Shown here: positions 20,787-29,335 of the stretch, in pieces
Numbering within the stretch: position 1 is the first letter of the stretch
How the letters are laid out: every line of letters starts with the position of its first letter
Assembly: GCA_963844935.1 (NCBI GenBank)
Contig: CAWJQH010000004.1
Span: 236,307 to 300,306 of the forward strand
Source: an uncultured Bacteroidales bacterium
GTDB taxonomy: Bacteria; Bacteroidota; Bacteroidia; Bacteroidales; VadinHA17
DNA: 64,000 nucleotides
Direction: 5' to 3'
Program-made: the position numbers and the translations under genes
The notes under the pieces: generated by a model
What the model was told of the DNA's origin: nothing
What the model saw: only the letters and a program-made list of their open reading frames with translations
The model's database searches: none

Positions 20787-21479
20787 TCAGAGAAACAGTT
20801 TTTTGGGTATTGTTGCAATGAATTCTTTCAGATAATAAGGTTCAAAGTAAGCAACATCCTCAAACTGTCTTTCCCTGAAGGCGGTCACCGACGGCTTGTG
20901 CAAATATGATGCCGAGAGGCTGAATCCTTCATCAAAGACAGCATTGGCGCCTGTTATTGCTGACCTGCATTTGCCTGCGCCGTTACCGAAGAAAATTATT
21001 TTTTCCGATTCAAGCCTGTCGCTGTATGATGACGCGGTGATAATGTCTGCGGAGGTCTCCTGTATCATTTTTCCATCGGAAGTAAAAAGGGCATTATATA
21101 CCTCCATCCTTCTGGCGTCGATCATCGGGCACAGCAGTGTGCTGCTGCCTTCCGGCAGAGGGTTTTCAGTAAGATAACCATGGCACATTGCTGTAAGGGT
21201 GTTAATGCCGATGAGCGGTATTCCCGCACCGTAGGCGATGCCTTTGGCCACAGACACGCCGATCCGGAGACCGGTGTATGACCCGGGCCCTTTGCTGACC
21301 GAGACTGCATCAAGCTGCCGGGCTGTCAGCGAAGCGCCTCTGAGCAGTTGCCGTATTATGACAGTAAGGCTTGAGGAATGAGACATTCCGGCAGGAGCTT
21401 CAAGCACACTGACGACAGAGTTATCATCGCATAATGCCACCGAACAAACTCCGGTAGCCGTCTCAATGCAAAGGATCAT
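20787..21479 (-). CDS. tsaB: tRNA t6A37 biosynthesis protein TsaB
   Basis: MILCIETATGVCSVAL.., SKGPGSYTGLRIGVSVAKG, 230 aa. Confidence 0.9.
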   Translation of the reverse strand: MILCIETATGVCSVALCDDNSVVSVLEAPAGMSHSSSLTVIIRQLLRGASLTARQLDAVSVSKGPGSYTGLRIGVSVAKGIAYGAGIPLIGINTLTAMCHGYLTENPLPEGSSTLLCPMIDARRMEVYNALFTSDGKMIQETSADIITASSYSDRLESEKIIFFGNGAGKCRSAITGANAVFDEGFSLSASYLHKPSVTAFRERQFEDVAYFEPYYLKEFIATIPKKLFL

Positions 21480-21503
21480 TTACGGAATAAATTGCCGTTT
21501 ACC

Positions 21504-22778
21504 TTATTTTTCCTTCTTCTTCTTTTCAGTGCTGAAGAGGGCTTCTTTATCCACAACTTCAATAAGGGTGGAGTCGGAAAGTTTCTTGCTGATGGCACTG
21601 AATGGCTGAACGATGACAGTGTCGCCTTCAGCAAGACCGCTCAGGATCTCGATATTTACGTTATCCTGTATGCCTGTCTTCACATCTCGGGCAATTGCAT
21701 ACTTTCCGTCCGACAGGAAAACAAGCGTTCTTATCTCTTCAGCTCCGGCTGCTTCAGTTTTGGTAGTATCAGTACGCGTGGTGACCGCCTGGATGGGTAC
21801 TGTAAGGATATCAGCCTTCCGGCTGGTGAAGATATCCACCGATGCTGACATGCCGGGCCTGAAAGGACTTGGGCTCTTCTCACTGACAAGGTCCTCATAT
21901 GATTCGCGAAGGATGAGTATCCTCACCTCAAAGTTTGTGACCTGGTCAGAGGTGATTGTAGTGGTTTTGGCCGAATTGGCTATCTCGGTCACAACTCCCT
22001 TGAAAGTGCGGTCGAGATAAGCGTCAACCTCCACTTCGGCCGTGTCGCCCAGCTTGACCCTGATAATATCGTTCTCGTTTACCTCAACCACAACCTCCAT
22101 GCGGTTCAGGTCAGCAACGCGCAGGACCTCGGTACCGGTCATCATGGTGGCGCCGATGACCCTCTCGCCCAGCTCAACGGAGAGGCTTGATATTGTACCT
22201 GTCATAGGCGAATAGACTGTTGTTTTAACCAGGTTTTCATTTGCCTCCCTGAGAGAAGCCTCGGCGCTCTTTACCGAGTAGAGAGCGCTCTCCTTCTCGG
22301 CTTTTGCCACCTTATACTGTGATTCTGCCTGTTCAAAATCAGACTTGGATATTGTATTCTCCTCAAAGAGTTTCTTGCTCCTGTTGTACGACAGCTCAGC
22401 CTGGATCATCTGTGCCTCCACCTGTGCCTGGCGGGCCTTGGATGAATTTACGGCGGCGGCAGCACGCTCACGTGCGGAGACGTAAATTTCGGGCTTGATC
22501 TTGAAAAGCAGAACGCCTTTCTGAACAAAATCCCCCTCTTTGACGTGCAGCTCAACAATTTCACCTGACACATCAGGACTTATCTTGACTTCCTTCTCGG
22601 GCTGTATCTTGCCGTTGGCCGTTACGGCTTCGACAATCGGAGTTTTTTTAACCTGTTCAACAGCCACCTTAACCATGACTTCCTTGCCGAACCAGCCTTT
22701 CTTTTTGCCAATGGCAGCGAAAATAATTAGAACCAGAACAACGGGTACGAGGATCCTGAGAATTTTATTTTGTTTCAT
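21504..22778 (-). CDS. efflux periplasmic adaptor (HlyD/MacA-type membrane fusion protein)
   Basis: ATG 22778 (MKQNKILRILVPVVLVLIIFAA). Lipoyl-like GEIVELHVKEGDFVQKG, long coiled-coil and beta-barrel C-terminus. Confidence 0.85.
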   Translation of the reverse strand: MKQNKILRILVPVVLVLIIFAAIGKKKGWFGKEVMVKVAVEQVKKTPIVEAVTANGKIQPEKEVKISPDVSGEIVELHVKEGDFVQKGVLLFKIKPEIYVSARERAAAAVNSSKARQAQVEAQMIQAELSYNRSKKLFEENTISKSDFEQAESQYKVAKAEKESALYSVKSAEASLREANENLVKTTVYSPMTGTISSLSVELGERVIGATMMTGTEVLRVADLNRMEVVVEVNENDIIRVKLGDTAEVEVDAYLDRTFKGVVTEIANSAKTTTITSDQVTNFEVRILILRESYEDLVSEKSPSPFRPGMSASVDIFTSRKADILTVPIQAVTTRTDTTKTEAAGAEEIRTLVFLSDGKYAIARDVKTGIQDNVNIEILSGLAEGDTVIVQPFSAISKKLSDSTLIEVVDKEALFSTEKKKKEK

Positions 22779-22797
22779 AACTAATGATTTTTCTGAA

Positions 22798-24171
22798 TTA
22801 AAGTGCCATAATGCCAATATGCTGAAGGGAAAGCGGGATGCCTTTGTAAAAGTCAAGGACCTTTGTCTTGAAGACATATTCATATTTTGCCTGGGCCATT
22901 TCGCTCTGGGCGTTCAGCAGCTGCGTCTTCGACTGATTGTAATCAACAGCGGTGACCAGTCCCACGGTCAGTTTTTGTTCAGCATACCTGTAAGCCTCTT
23001 CCATTGATGATACAGCCTTCTGGCTTGAATAGTACCTCTTCAGAGCCCCCGTGGCATCGGTATAAGCCTGCTGAATGTTCTTGTAAAGCTGTTTTTTCGT
23101 ATTTTCAAGTGCGTACCTTGAATTTTCAATACCCAGTTTGGAGTTTTTGACCCGGGTGTTGACCATCCACCCGTTAAGGATAGGGATGTTCATCACAAAA
23201 CCTACAGCGCCGTTCCTGTTAATATCCAGCTGTGTCGCGAAATCATAGGGTTCAAGGGTAACAAGATCGATCCTGTTATCGGAATATGCAGTGTTCCATG
23301 ATGCACCCAATGAAATCTGGGGGCTCCTGCCACCCCTTGCAATGGCCAGGTCATATTCGGCGCCTTTAAGCTTGTACTCGGCACCCAGTATTTCCGGTCT
23401 GATTTTTTCGGCGACATTGTAGATGGAGTCCGGGTTGCTCTCAAATGTGACAGGGTCAACTGCAATTGCGGGAATTTCAATCTCAAAGTTGTCAGCCGAG
23501 GGTAATTCAAGCAGCTGCGCCAGGGTCAGCAGCGATATTGCAAGCTGGTTCTGAAGGGTGATCAGCTGCAGTTCTTCACGGGCTGCCTGAGCCTCGATGT
23601 CCAGGAGGTTTCCCCGCGCAAGGCTTCCGGCATCGACCAGCTTGGCTGTGCGGTCGATCTGCTGTTTTGTCAGTTCGACCTGTGCAGCTGTGGTAGCTAC
23701 CAGCTCGTTGTTAAGAAGTATCTGAAGATAAGCAAGTGCAACATTAAGGGAGATATTGTCCCTGAAGCCTTCGAGATCCTGCTCGGTGGCCAGGAGCTCA
23801 TACTTGTTTTTCTGGATTGTATTGTAATTAACCAGGCCGTTAAACAGTGACATATTTGAGCCGACAGTGAAACTGTTCGACTGAACAGTTTCGCCCTCTG
23901 TGTACCTGTTTGACGTCTCGTCATAAGCCCGGCCAAAGGAATAGTAATGGTTGGCACTTCCGTTGACTGAAGGAAGGAGGTTTAATTTCGACTGTTCAAG
24001 GGTGGATTCCTGATACCGGGTCATAATCTCCTGCTGTTTTATCTGAATGTTGTTCTCAAGCGCATGGGAAATGCACTCTTCAAACGTCCACTGTTTCTGC
24101 TGTGAAAAGAGAAGCAGGGGACTCAGCAGCATGATGAAGCTTAAGGTAAAAAATTTTCTTTTCATGGTCAC
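22798..24171 (-). CDS. TolC-family outer membrane efflux protein
   Basis: Signal peptide and two tandem OEP repeats (..LEQSKLNLLPSV.., ..AEYDLAIARGGRSPQISL..), 457 aa. Confidence 0.85.
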   Translation of the reverse strand: MTMKRKFFTLSFIMLLSPLLLFSQQKQWTFEECISHALENNIQIKQQEIMTRYQESTLEQSKLNLLPSVNGSANHYYSFGRAYDETSNRYTEGETVQSNSFTVGSNMSLFNGLVNYNTIQKNKYELLATEQDLEGFRDNISLNVALAYLQILLNNELVATTAAQVELTKQQIDRTAKLVDAGSLARGNLLDIEAQAAREELQLITLQNQLAISLLTLAQLLELPSADNFEIEIPAIAVDPVTFESNPDSIYNVAEKIRPEILGAEYKLKGAEYDLAIARGGRSPQISLGASWNTAYSDNRIDLVTLEPYDFATQLDINRNGAVGFVMNIPILNGWMVNTRVKNSKLGIENSRYALENTKKQLYKNIQQAYTDATGALKRYYSSQKAVSSMEEAYRYAEQKLTVGLVTAVDYNQSKTQLLNAQSEMAQAKYEYVFKTKVLDFYKGIPLSLQHIGIMAL

Positions 24172-24284
24172 TGAATAAGGACTTTAAACGAAGCTACGAA
24201 GATAGGAAATTGATCAGTATAATAAAGACATCAAAGATATTATCATGCTGCACGGCGATCAGAAAAAAGTCTTGCATTTTTGCG

Positions 24285-24292
24285 TATCTTTG
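24285..24292 (+). promoter_or_regulatory. -7 box TATCTTTG (TAnnTTTG)
   Basis: Exact consensus match 41 nt upstream of the fbaA ATG. Confidence 0.45.
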
Positions 24293-24332
24293 CCGCAACC
24301 GACTACAAAATTTCAATAAAACATACAAAAGA

Positions 24333-25409
24333 ATGAGTAACAAAGGATTAAATCTTGAGCCCGGTGTGATCTCCGGTGAAGATGTTAAGAAGCTGTTTGA
24401 TTATGCAAACAAGAATGATTTTGCCATTCCTGCAGTAAATGTTATCGGGACTGACTCGGTGAATGCTGTTCTGGAGACGGCGCGGGAGGTGAATTCGCCC
24501 GTAATAGTTCAGTTTTCAAACGGCGGAGCGCATTTCTTCGCAGGCCAGGGTCTGACGAAAGAGAACCAGACAGGAGCCATAGCCGGAGGAATATCCGGTG
24601 CCCTCCATGTGCATAACGTTGCTGAGTACTACGGTATCCCGGTAATACTTCATACTGACCATGCTGCGCGTAAGCTTCTTCCCTGGATAGACGCCCTGCT
24701 GGATGCCGGTGAGGAGTTTTATGAGACAAACGGCAAGCCGCTGTTCAGCTCCCATATGCTCGATCTCTCCGAAGAGCCCCTGAAGGAAAACATTGAGACA
24801 TGCAAGAAGTATCTTGAGCGTATGGACAAGCTTGGAATGACCCTTGAAATTGAACTTGGCGTCACCGGAGGCGAAGAGGATGGCGTCGATAATACCGGTA
24901 TAAGCAGCTCAAAACTCTATACGCAGCCCGAGGATGTGGCTTATGCCTATGAGGAACTCCTGAAGATCTCGAAAAACTTCACGATAGCTGCTTCATTCGG
25001 CAATGTGCACGGCGTTTATAAACCTGGCAATGTGACCCTCAGGCCTGAGATACTGAAGAATTCGCAGGACTATATTCAGAAAAAGCACAAGACCGGTCCC
25101 AACCCCGTCAATTTTGTTTTCCATGGCGGGTCAGGGTCTGAGAAGGAAAAGATCGCTGAAGCGATAAAATACGGTGCAGTGAAAATGAATATTGATACCG
25201 ATATGCAGTGGGCGTTCTGGGCAGGTGTAAAGGACTATTACGAGGCCAAAAAGGGTTACCTGCAGGGCCAGATCGGCAATCCTGACGGCGAAGACAAGCC
25301 CAACAAAAAGTATTATGATCCGAGGGTATGGCTCCGCAAGGGTCAGGAGACTTTCATTGCAAGGCTTAAGGAAGCCTTCGGGGATCTCAATGCCCTTGAC
25401 AGGCTTTAA
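24333..25409 (+). CDS. fbaA: class II fructose-bisphosphate aldolase
   Basis: ATG 24333 (MSNKGLNLEPGVISGEDV). SNGGAHFFAG, ILHTDHA, FHGGSGS. 358 aa. Confidence 0.93.
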   Translation: MSNKGLNLEPGVISGEDVKKLFDYANKNDFAIPAVNVIGTDSVNAVLETAREVNSPVIVQFSNGGAHFFAGQGLTKENQTGAIAGGISGALHVHNVAEYYGIPVILHTDHAARKLLPWIDALLDAGEEFYETNGKPLFSSHMLDLSEEPLKENIETCKKYLERMDKLGMTLEIELGVTGGEEDGVDNTGISSSKLYTQPEDVAYAYEELLKISKNFTIAASFGNVHGVYKPGNVTLRPEILKNSQDYIQKKHKTGPNPVNFVFHGGSGSEKEKIAEAIKYGAVKMNIDTDMQWAFWAGVKDYYEAKKGYLQGQIGNPDGEDKPNKKYYDPRVWLRKGQETFIARLKEAFGDLNALDRL

Positions 25410-25432
25410 TACTTATTAATATCATAACATCA

Positions 25433-25467
25433 AGCAGGTCAGCTAATTATGTTTGACCTGCTTTTTG
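25433..25467 (+). terminator. intrinsic terminator of fbaA
   Basis: AGCAGGTCA-12 nt-TGACCTGCT followed by TTTTT. Confidence 0.8.
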
Positions 25468-25543
25468 TTGTTAATAAATCACTGGTTCCCGGGCCGCAAA
25501 TACCGTTGCCTGAGGCTATTTTAGTATAAAATTTAAAGCCGGG

Positions 25544-25786
25544 TTGAAACGCGCACATATCACTGAGGAAAAGATAAAGAGAACGACCAACCTTACTCTA
25601 AGGCTAAATGAGAGGGAAGCGAGGGCTCTCAACATCTACTGTCAGCGTTTCAGGGTAAGGAGCAAGTCAGATTTTATGCGTCGCACCATCATGCATGCCA
25701 TTATTGGCAGGTTTGACGCCGAGCATCCTACGCTGTGGGAGCAGGGTGAGCTTACCCTGTTTTCACCTGAACCGAAAAATAACTGA
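25544..25786 (+). CDS. small hypothetical protein, possible ribbon-helix-helix fold
   Basis: TTG start. LTLRLNEREARALNIYCQRFRVRSKSDFMRRTIMHAI resembles an RHH (beta-strand plus two helices). No other support. Confidence 0.35.
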   Translation: MKRAHITEEKIKRTTNLTLRLNEREARALNIYCQRFRVRSKSDFMRRTIMHAIIGRFDAEHPTLWEQGELTLFSPEPKNN

Positions 25787-25860
25787 TCACAATCTGAGGC
25801 AAACCTAATTTTACTATTTTTGTGAATGCCACAAAGGGGGGATTTTTTGTTGCGGCCATA

Positions 25861-26244
25861 ATGGGAATGAATATTATCAAAATAGAGCCTACAAAGGTTA
25901 CACCTGAAGTATTGTTTCTTGATGGTCACCTTGAGATCAGGGGGAGGTCGATTCCCGAGAACGCTTCTGATTTTTACCGTCCTCTTGAAGAGTGGGTGAC
26001 TGAATATGTGGCTCACACGGCAATCAGGACGCGTGTATCGCTTTCATTTGATTTCATAAACACGGCATCGACCAAATGGGTTTATGGCATCATAAAGAAG
26101 CTCTCCCTTTATGATGATGTTCACAACAGGGTCTCGATAGAATGGTTTTATGAAAGGGGTGATGACGAGTTGTACGAACTTGGTCAGATTATTCACTCTT
26201 TCATCGACTGTCCGTTTATCTTTTACGAGACAGAGCAATCCTGA
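25861..26244 (+). CDS. DUF1987 / SiaC-like small regulatory protein
   Basis: MNIIKIEPTKVTPEVLFLDGHLEIRGRSIPENASDFYRPLEEWV..FDFINTASTKW..W.YE.GDD pattern. ATG at 25861 or 25867. Confidence 0.65.
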   Translation: MGMNIIKIEPTKVTPEVLFLDGHLEIRGRSIPENASDFYRPLEEWVTEYVAHTAIRTRVSLSFDFINTASTKWVYGIIKKLSLYDDVHNRVSIEWFYERGDDELYELGQIIHSFIDCPFIFYETEQS

Positions 26245-26259
26245 AATAAAAAAAATTTC

Positions 26260-26267
26260 TACTTTTG
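26260..26267 (+). promoter_or_regulatory. -7 box TACTTTTG (TAnnTTTG) for tRNA-Gln
   Basis: Exact consensus match 23 nt upstream of the tRNA 5' end. Confidence 0.5.
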
Positions 26268-26289
26268 CCACGCCTTATCAGGCGCCGAT

Positions 26290-26362
26290 TGACCCATGGT
26301 GTAATTGGCAACACGTCTGATTTTGGTTCAGAAGAGTCGGGGTTCGAACCCCTGTGGGTCAA
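26290..26362 (+). tRNA. tRNA-Gln (anticodon TTG)
   Basis: Hand-folded cloverleaf: acceptor TGACCCA/TGGGTCA, D stem GTGT/ACAC, anticodon stem TCTGA/TCAGA with loop TTTTGGT, T arm CGGGG-TTCGAAC-CCCTG. 73 nt, no encoded CCA. Confidence 0.9.
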
Positions 26363-26363
26363 C

Positions 26364-26392
26364 AAAAAAACAGCTGCAAGGCTGTTTTTTTT
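26364..26392 (+). terminator. intrinsic terminator after tRNA-Gln
   Basis: AAAAAAACAGC-TGCAAG-GCTGTTTTTTTT. Confidence 0.8.
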
Positions 26393-26464
26393 GAGGGGAT
26401 GGAGGGAGGGAGAGGGGTGAGAAGTTTATCCCGATAGGTTGAGTGGAGCGAGACCGTATCGGGA

Positions 26465-26487
26465 AACCCCTGTGGGTCAACAAAAAA
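26465..26487 (+). repeat. 23-nt exact duplicate of the tRNA-Gln 3' end (att-like scar)
   Basis: AACCCCTGTGGGTCAACAAAAAA occurs at 26347-26369 (inside and just after the tRNA) and again at 26465-26487. Confidence 0.85.
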
Positions 26488-26520
26488 GAAAGAGGCTGTT
26501 TCAATGCAGATTGAAGCGGC
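26481..26520 (-). terminator. intrinsic terminator of the TIR gene (minus strand)
   Basis: Minus strand reads GCCGCTTCAAT-CTGC-ATTGAAACAGC (11-bp stem, 2 G-U pairs), then CTCTTTCTTTTTT. Confidence 0.7.
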
Positions 26521-26566
26521 CCTTCCTTTTAATGACAGACCACTTCTGTTATATTCTAATCTTCAA

Positions 26567-28717
26567 CTATTTAGGTGTTTGATATTCCGATAACCCCATT
26601 TTGGCTAACATGGCCTGAAATATTGGTTCTGACCGGAAGACCTCATAATTGGGATCGGTATTTATCCGGGGCGATGGCTGGTTTTCAAAGTATTTCTCAA
26701 GCCAGTATAAGGCTTCTTCTTTCTTACCGGCACGTGCATACCTTATGGCTAAGGTTGATGGATTAGGTGTTTGTCTCCTGAGCTCCAATTCCAGGAGCCA
26801 GTTCCATATACCATCTATTCCTGATTTATTGTATACATCTTTAACAAAATGTGCATTTTTAACTAAAATCGTATCGCCGCTTTTGAGAAGAATCTTCTCA
26901 AGTACTTCAACTGCCTTCCGGTCTTCACCCAGTCCAATGTAGTTGTAAAAATACCGCATTGAGAAATCAGTGCTGTCATCAGAAGTCAGTTCCAGTAATT
27001 TTAATTCTTCAATCAGCGATTCCCTGAACTTGCCTTCGTGAAAGTAAAAAAGCGAACTCAAATCTCTCATCATCGGGAAAAACGGATCAATTTCCAGAGC
27101 CAGATTTATCTGTTTACGAGCTTCAGAGTTCTCTCTCAGAATATCCAGTAACTCAGCATAGTAGGAATGAGCTGTAACAAAGTTCGGGTTTAATTCAACA
27201 GCAAGCTGTAACTCCTTACGGGCCTCCTCCCATTTCCATTCATTCCAGAATAAGATCCCGCCAAGTACCGTGTGTGCTTCCGCAAGATTCTTATTAAGCC
27301 GGAGGGCCTTATTTACGTATTCTTTTGACTTTGCATAAGCTTCTGCCTGTGGCATCTCCTGGTACCATGCAAGAAGGAAATAAGCATCAGCCAGTCCGGC
27401 ATAAGCCAGGGCATAATCCGGATCTGCGGCTACTGCCTTTTCAAAATATTCAATGCCTTTTTTATATCCCTGGCTCGTCCTCTTCTCTATATAAAAACGG
27501 CCCAGCAGATACAGATTATATGCTTCCGGATTCTCGGTTTCATTTTTCTTAATATCTTTCTTCTCCTCAGATGTCAATGTTGCTTTTAACTCATTTGCAA
27601 CATTTTGAGCAACCTCAGACTGAATTGTGAAAATATCCGTAATGTTTCTGTCATATATTTCGGACCATAAATGCACATCCGTTTTTGCATCAATAAGCTG
27701 AGCTGTTATCCGCACATTACTCCCTGTTTTTTGTACGCTGCCTTCAAGAATTGAGGCAACACCTAATTCTCTGCCTATCTCCTTGATAGAGAGTTCAGTA
27801 TTCCTATATCTTTTGGTTGATGTACTGGATATGACTTTCAGGTCACCTACTTTGAAAAGGTGATTTAGGATTGCTTCCACAATACCGTCACTGAAATAGA
27901 CCTGGGTTGTATCATTGCTCAGGTTGGTAAATGGTAATACAGCTACAGATTTTTCGACAGTTTCGGAAGATTTAAGCAATTTCGGCAACAGGAAAAGGCC
28001 AAGAATAAGTAATGCCAATACAATTATTGATCCTGCAATGATTCTTGTTTTACGAATTCCTGACCGGAAGGCAACCGGTTTAAAAGCTTCCTTTTTTACA
28101 TCTTCAGGTGGAAGATCATATTGGGTTATCGCGGTAATAATATCTCTTATTGCAAGAGCAACCTTATTTATCTGATTCCGGTAATTGGTTTTGTTCAGGT
28201 TTTTCTCCTCATTATCCTTTTTAGTCAGGGGTCTGTCAACACCCGGTTCTTTATATATGAATTCAACTCCCCTGAGAACTCCGCCCAGAACGGATTCACA
28301 TTCTGTAATATCAGCAATACCAAGCTCATGAATACGAACCGGCAGCACCCTGCTCGCCACATTGCCATTAGGCAGCCTTACCTTCAGTCCAAACTTATCA
28401 TGAGAGGCCTGAACAACAAATGCCTTAAACTCTTGCTCCCATGCAAAGGATTTAGGATCACAGTATGTTCGGGATATTATCGGAATGAAGACCAGACACT
28501 TCAGTTTCTCTTTTAAGGAGGCATCTACATCATGGGTCTCCAACAGGCCGTCATTCGGGTTGATGTCAAAATAAACACTGACTTCCTCTTTAAAAGTAGA
28601 CTCAAGTTCTGTCTTCAATGCTTCCACAAATTCACTCACCCACCTGTCGCCCTTGTTGTCTTTCTGGCGGTAGCTGATAAATACATCATATTCATAACCC
28701 GGAATGGCGCTTGACAT
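26567..28717 (-). CDS. TIR domain - TM helix - periplasmic TolB-N-like module - TPR repeat protein
   Basis: ATG 28717 (MSSAIPGYEYDVFISYRQKDNKGDRW..). TIR-like ..LVFIPIISRTYCDPKSFAWEQEFKAF... TM helix IIAGSIIVLALLILGLFLLPKLL. KSVAVLPFTNLS..FSDGIVEAIL..ILEGSVQKTGSNVRITAQLIDAKTDVHLWSEIYD. Then ~300 aa of TPR-like repeats. Confidence 0.75.
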   Translation of the reverse strand: MSSAIPGYEYDVFISYRQKDNKGDRWVSEFVEALKTELESTFKEEVSVYFDINPNDGLLETHDVDASLKEKLKCLVFIPIISRTYCDPKSFAWEQEFKAFVVQASHDKFGLKVRLPNGNVASRVLPVRIHELGIADITECESVLGGVLRGVEFIYKEPGVDRPLTKKDNEEKNLNKTNYRNQINKVALAIRDIITAITQYDLPPEDVKKEAFKPVAFRSGIRKTRIIAGSIIVLALLILGLFLLPKLLKSSETVEKSVAVLPFTNLSNDTTQVYFSDGIVEAILNHLFKVGDLKVISSTSTKRYRNTELSIKEIGRELGVASILEGSVQKTGSNVRITAQLIDAKTDVHLWSEIYDRNITDIFTIQSEVAQNVANELKATLTSEEKKDIKKNETENPEAYNLYLLGRFYIEKRTSQGYKKGIEYFEKAVAADPDYALAYAGLADAYFLLAWYQEMPQAEAYAKSKEYVNKALRLNKNLAEAHTVLGGILFWNEWKWEEARKELQLAVELNPNFVTAHSYYAELLDILRENSEARKQINLALEIDPFFPMMRDLSSLFYFHEGKFRESLIEELKLLELTSDDSTDFSMRYFYNYIGLGEDRKAVEVLEKILLKSGDTILVKNAHFVKDVYNKSGIDGIWNWLLELELRRQTPNPSTLAIRYARAGKKEEALYWLEKYFENQPSPRINTDPNYEVFRSEPIFQAMLAKMGLSEYQTPK

Positions 28718-28821
28718 CTGCGAAATAGTTGTTTGAATTTCAAAGGTACACCATGCTAATGCCAAAGTCAACTATATTGAGATGAAGCATGGGCATACAT
28801 AATACATCTGCCTGACTGAAA

Positions 28822-28847
28822 GAAGAACCCGCGAAGCTGATCCGAGG
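28822..28847 (-). terminator. conserved-loop hairpin, copy 1 (downstream of the 143-aa gene)
   Basis: AAGAACCCGCGAAGCTGATCCGAGGG. Imperfect stem. On the minus strand it is followed by TTCTTCTTT. Confidence 0.5.
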
Positions 28848-28877
28848 GCTAACAATAACTCATGGTTCAATGTTAAA

Positions 28878-29309
28878 TCAAAATCTTAATGTTATTCCCA
28901 ACCCAACCGCCGTTGAATTATTTGGTTTAATGTAATACGCCTTCATTGCAACTTCAGCTTTCATTTTTCTGCTTCCGCTTATCCAAAGGGGAACGCCCAC
29001 CAAAGAAGAAAGGGCACCACCAATAGTCATACCTGCATATAGTATCGGCTCAAACCCACCCCTGTCTTCAGCAGGTGTTTCCAATGCATAATTAATGAGG
29101 AGAAAAACACCTGTTATATAAATTGGAAGTCCTGCCAGGGTCATTATCATTCCTGCAGTTCGCATATTAGCAGCTTTATCTTTATACAGATCAAGCTGGT
29201 CTTTATTTAAAGTATCCGGATTTATCTTCTGGGCCATTGTGATATTGGAAACAAAGCACAACACTAGTATCAGCATGATAAGTCTGAAAGTAATCCGATT
29301 TCCTTCCAT
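28878..29309 (-). CDS. hypothetical small envelope/membrane protein
   Basis: Signal peptide-like N-terminus (LIMLILVLCFVSNITMAQ), two hydrophobic helices, C-terminus ..AVGLGITLRF. Confidence 0.6.
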   Translation of the reverse strand: MEGNRITFRLIMLILVLCFVSNITMAQKINPDTLNKDQLDLYKDKAANMRTAGMIMTLAGLPIYITGVFLLINYALETPAEDRGGFEPILYAGMTIGGALSSLVGVPLWISGSRKMKAEVAMKAYYIKPNNSTAVGLGITLRF

Positions 29310-29335
29310 ATTTTGTAATTTAATGTTTATCCAGG

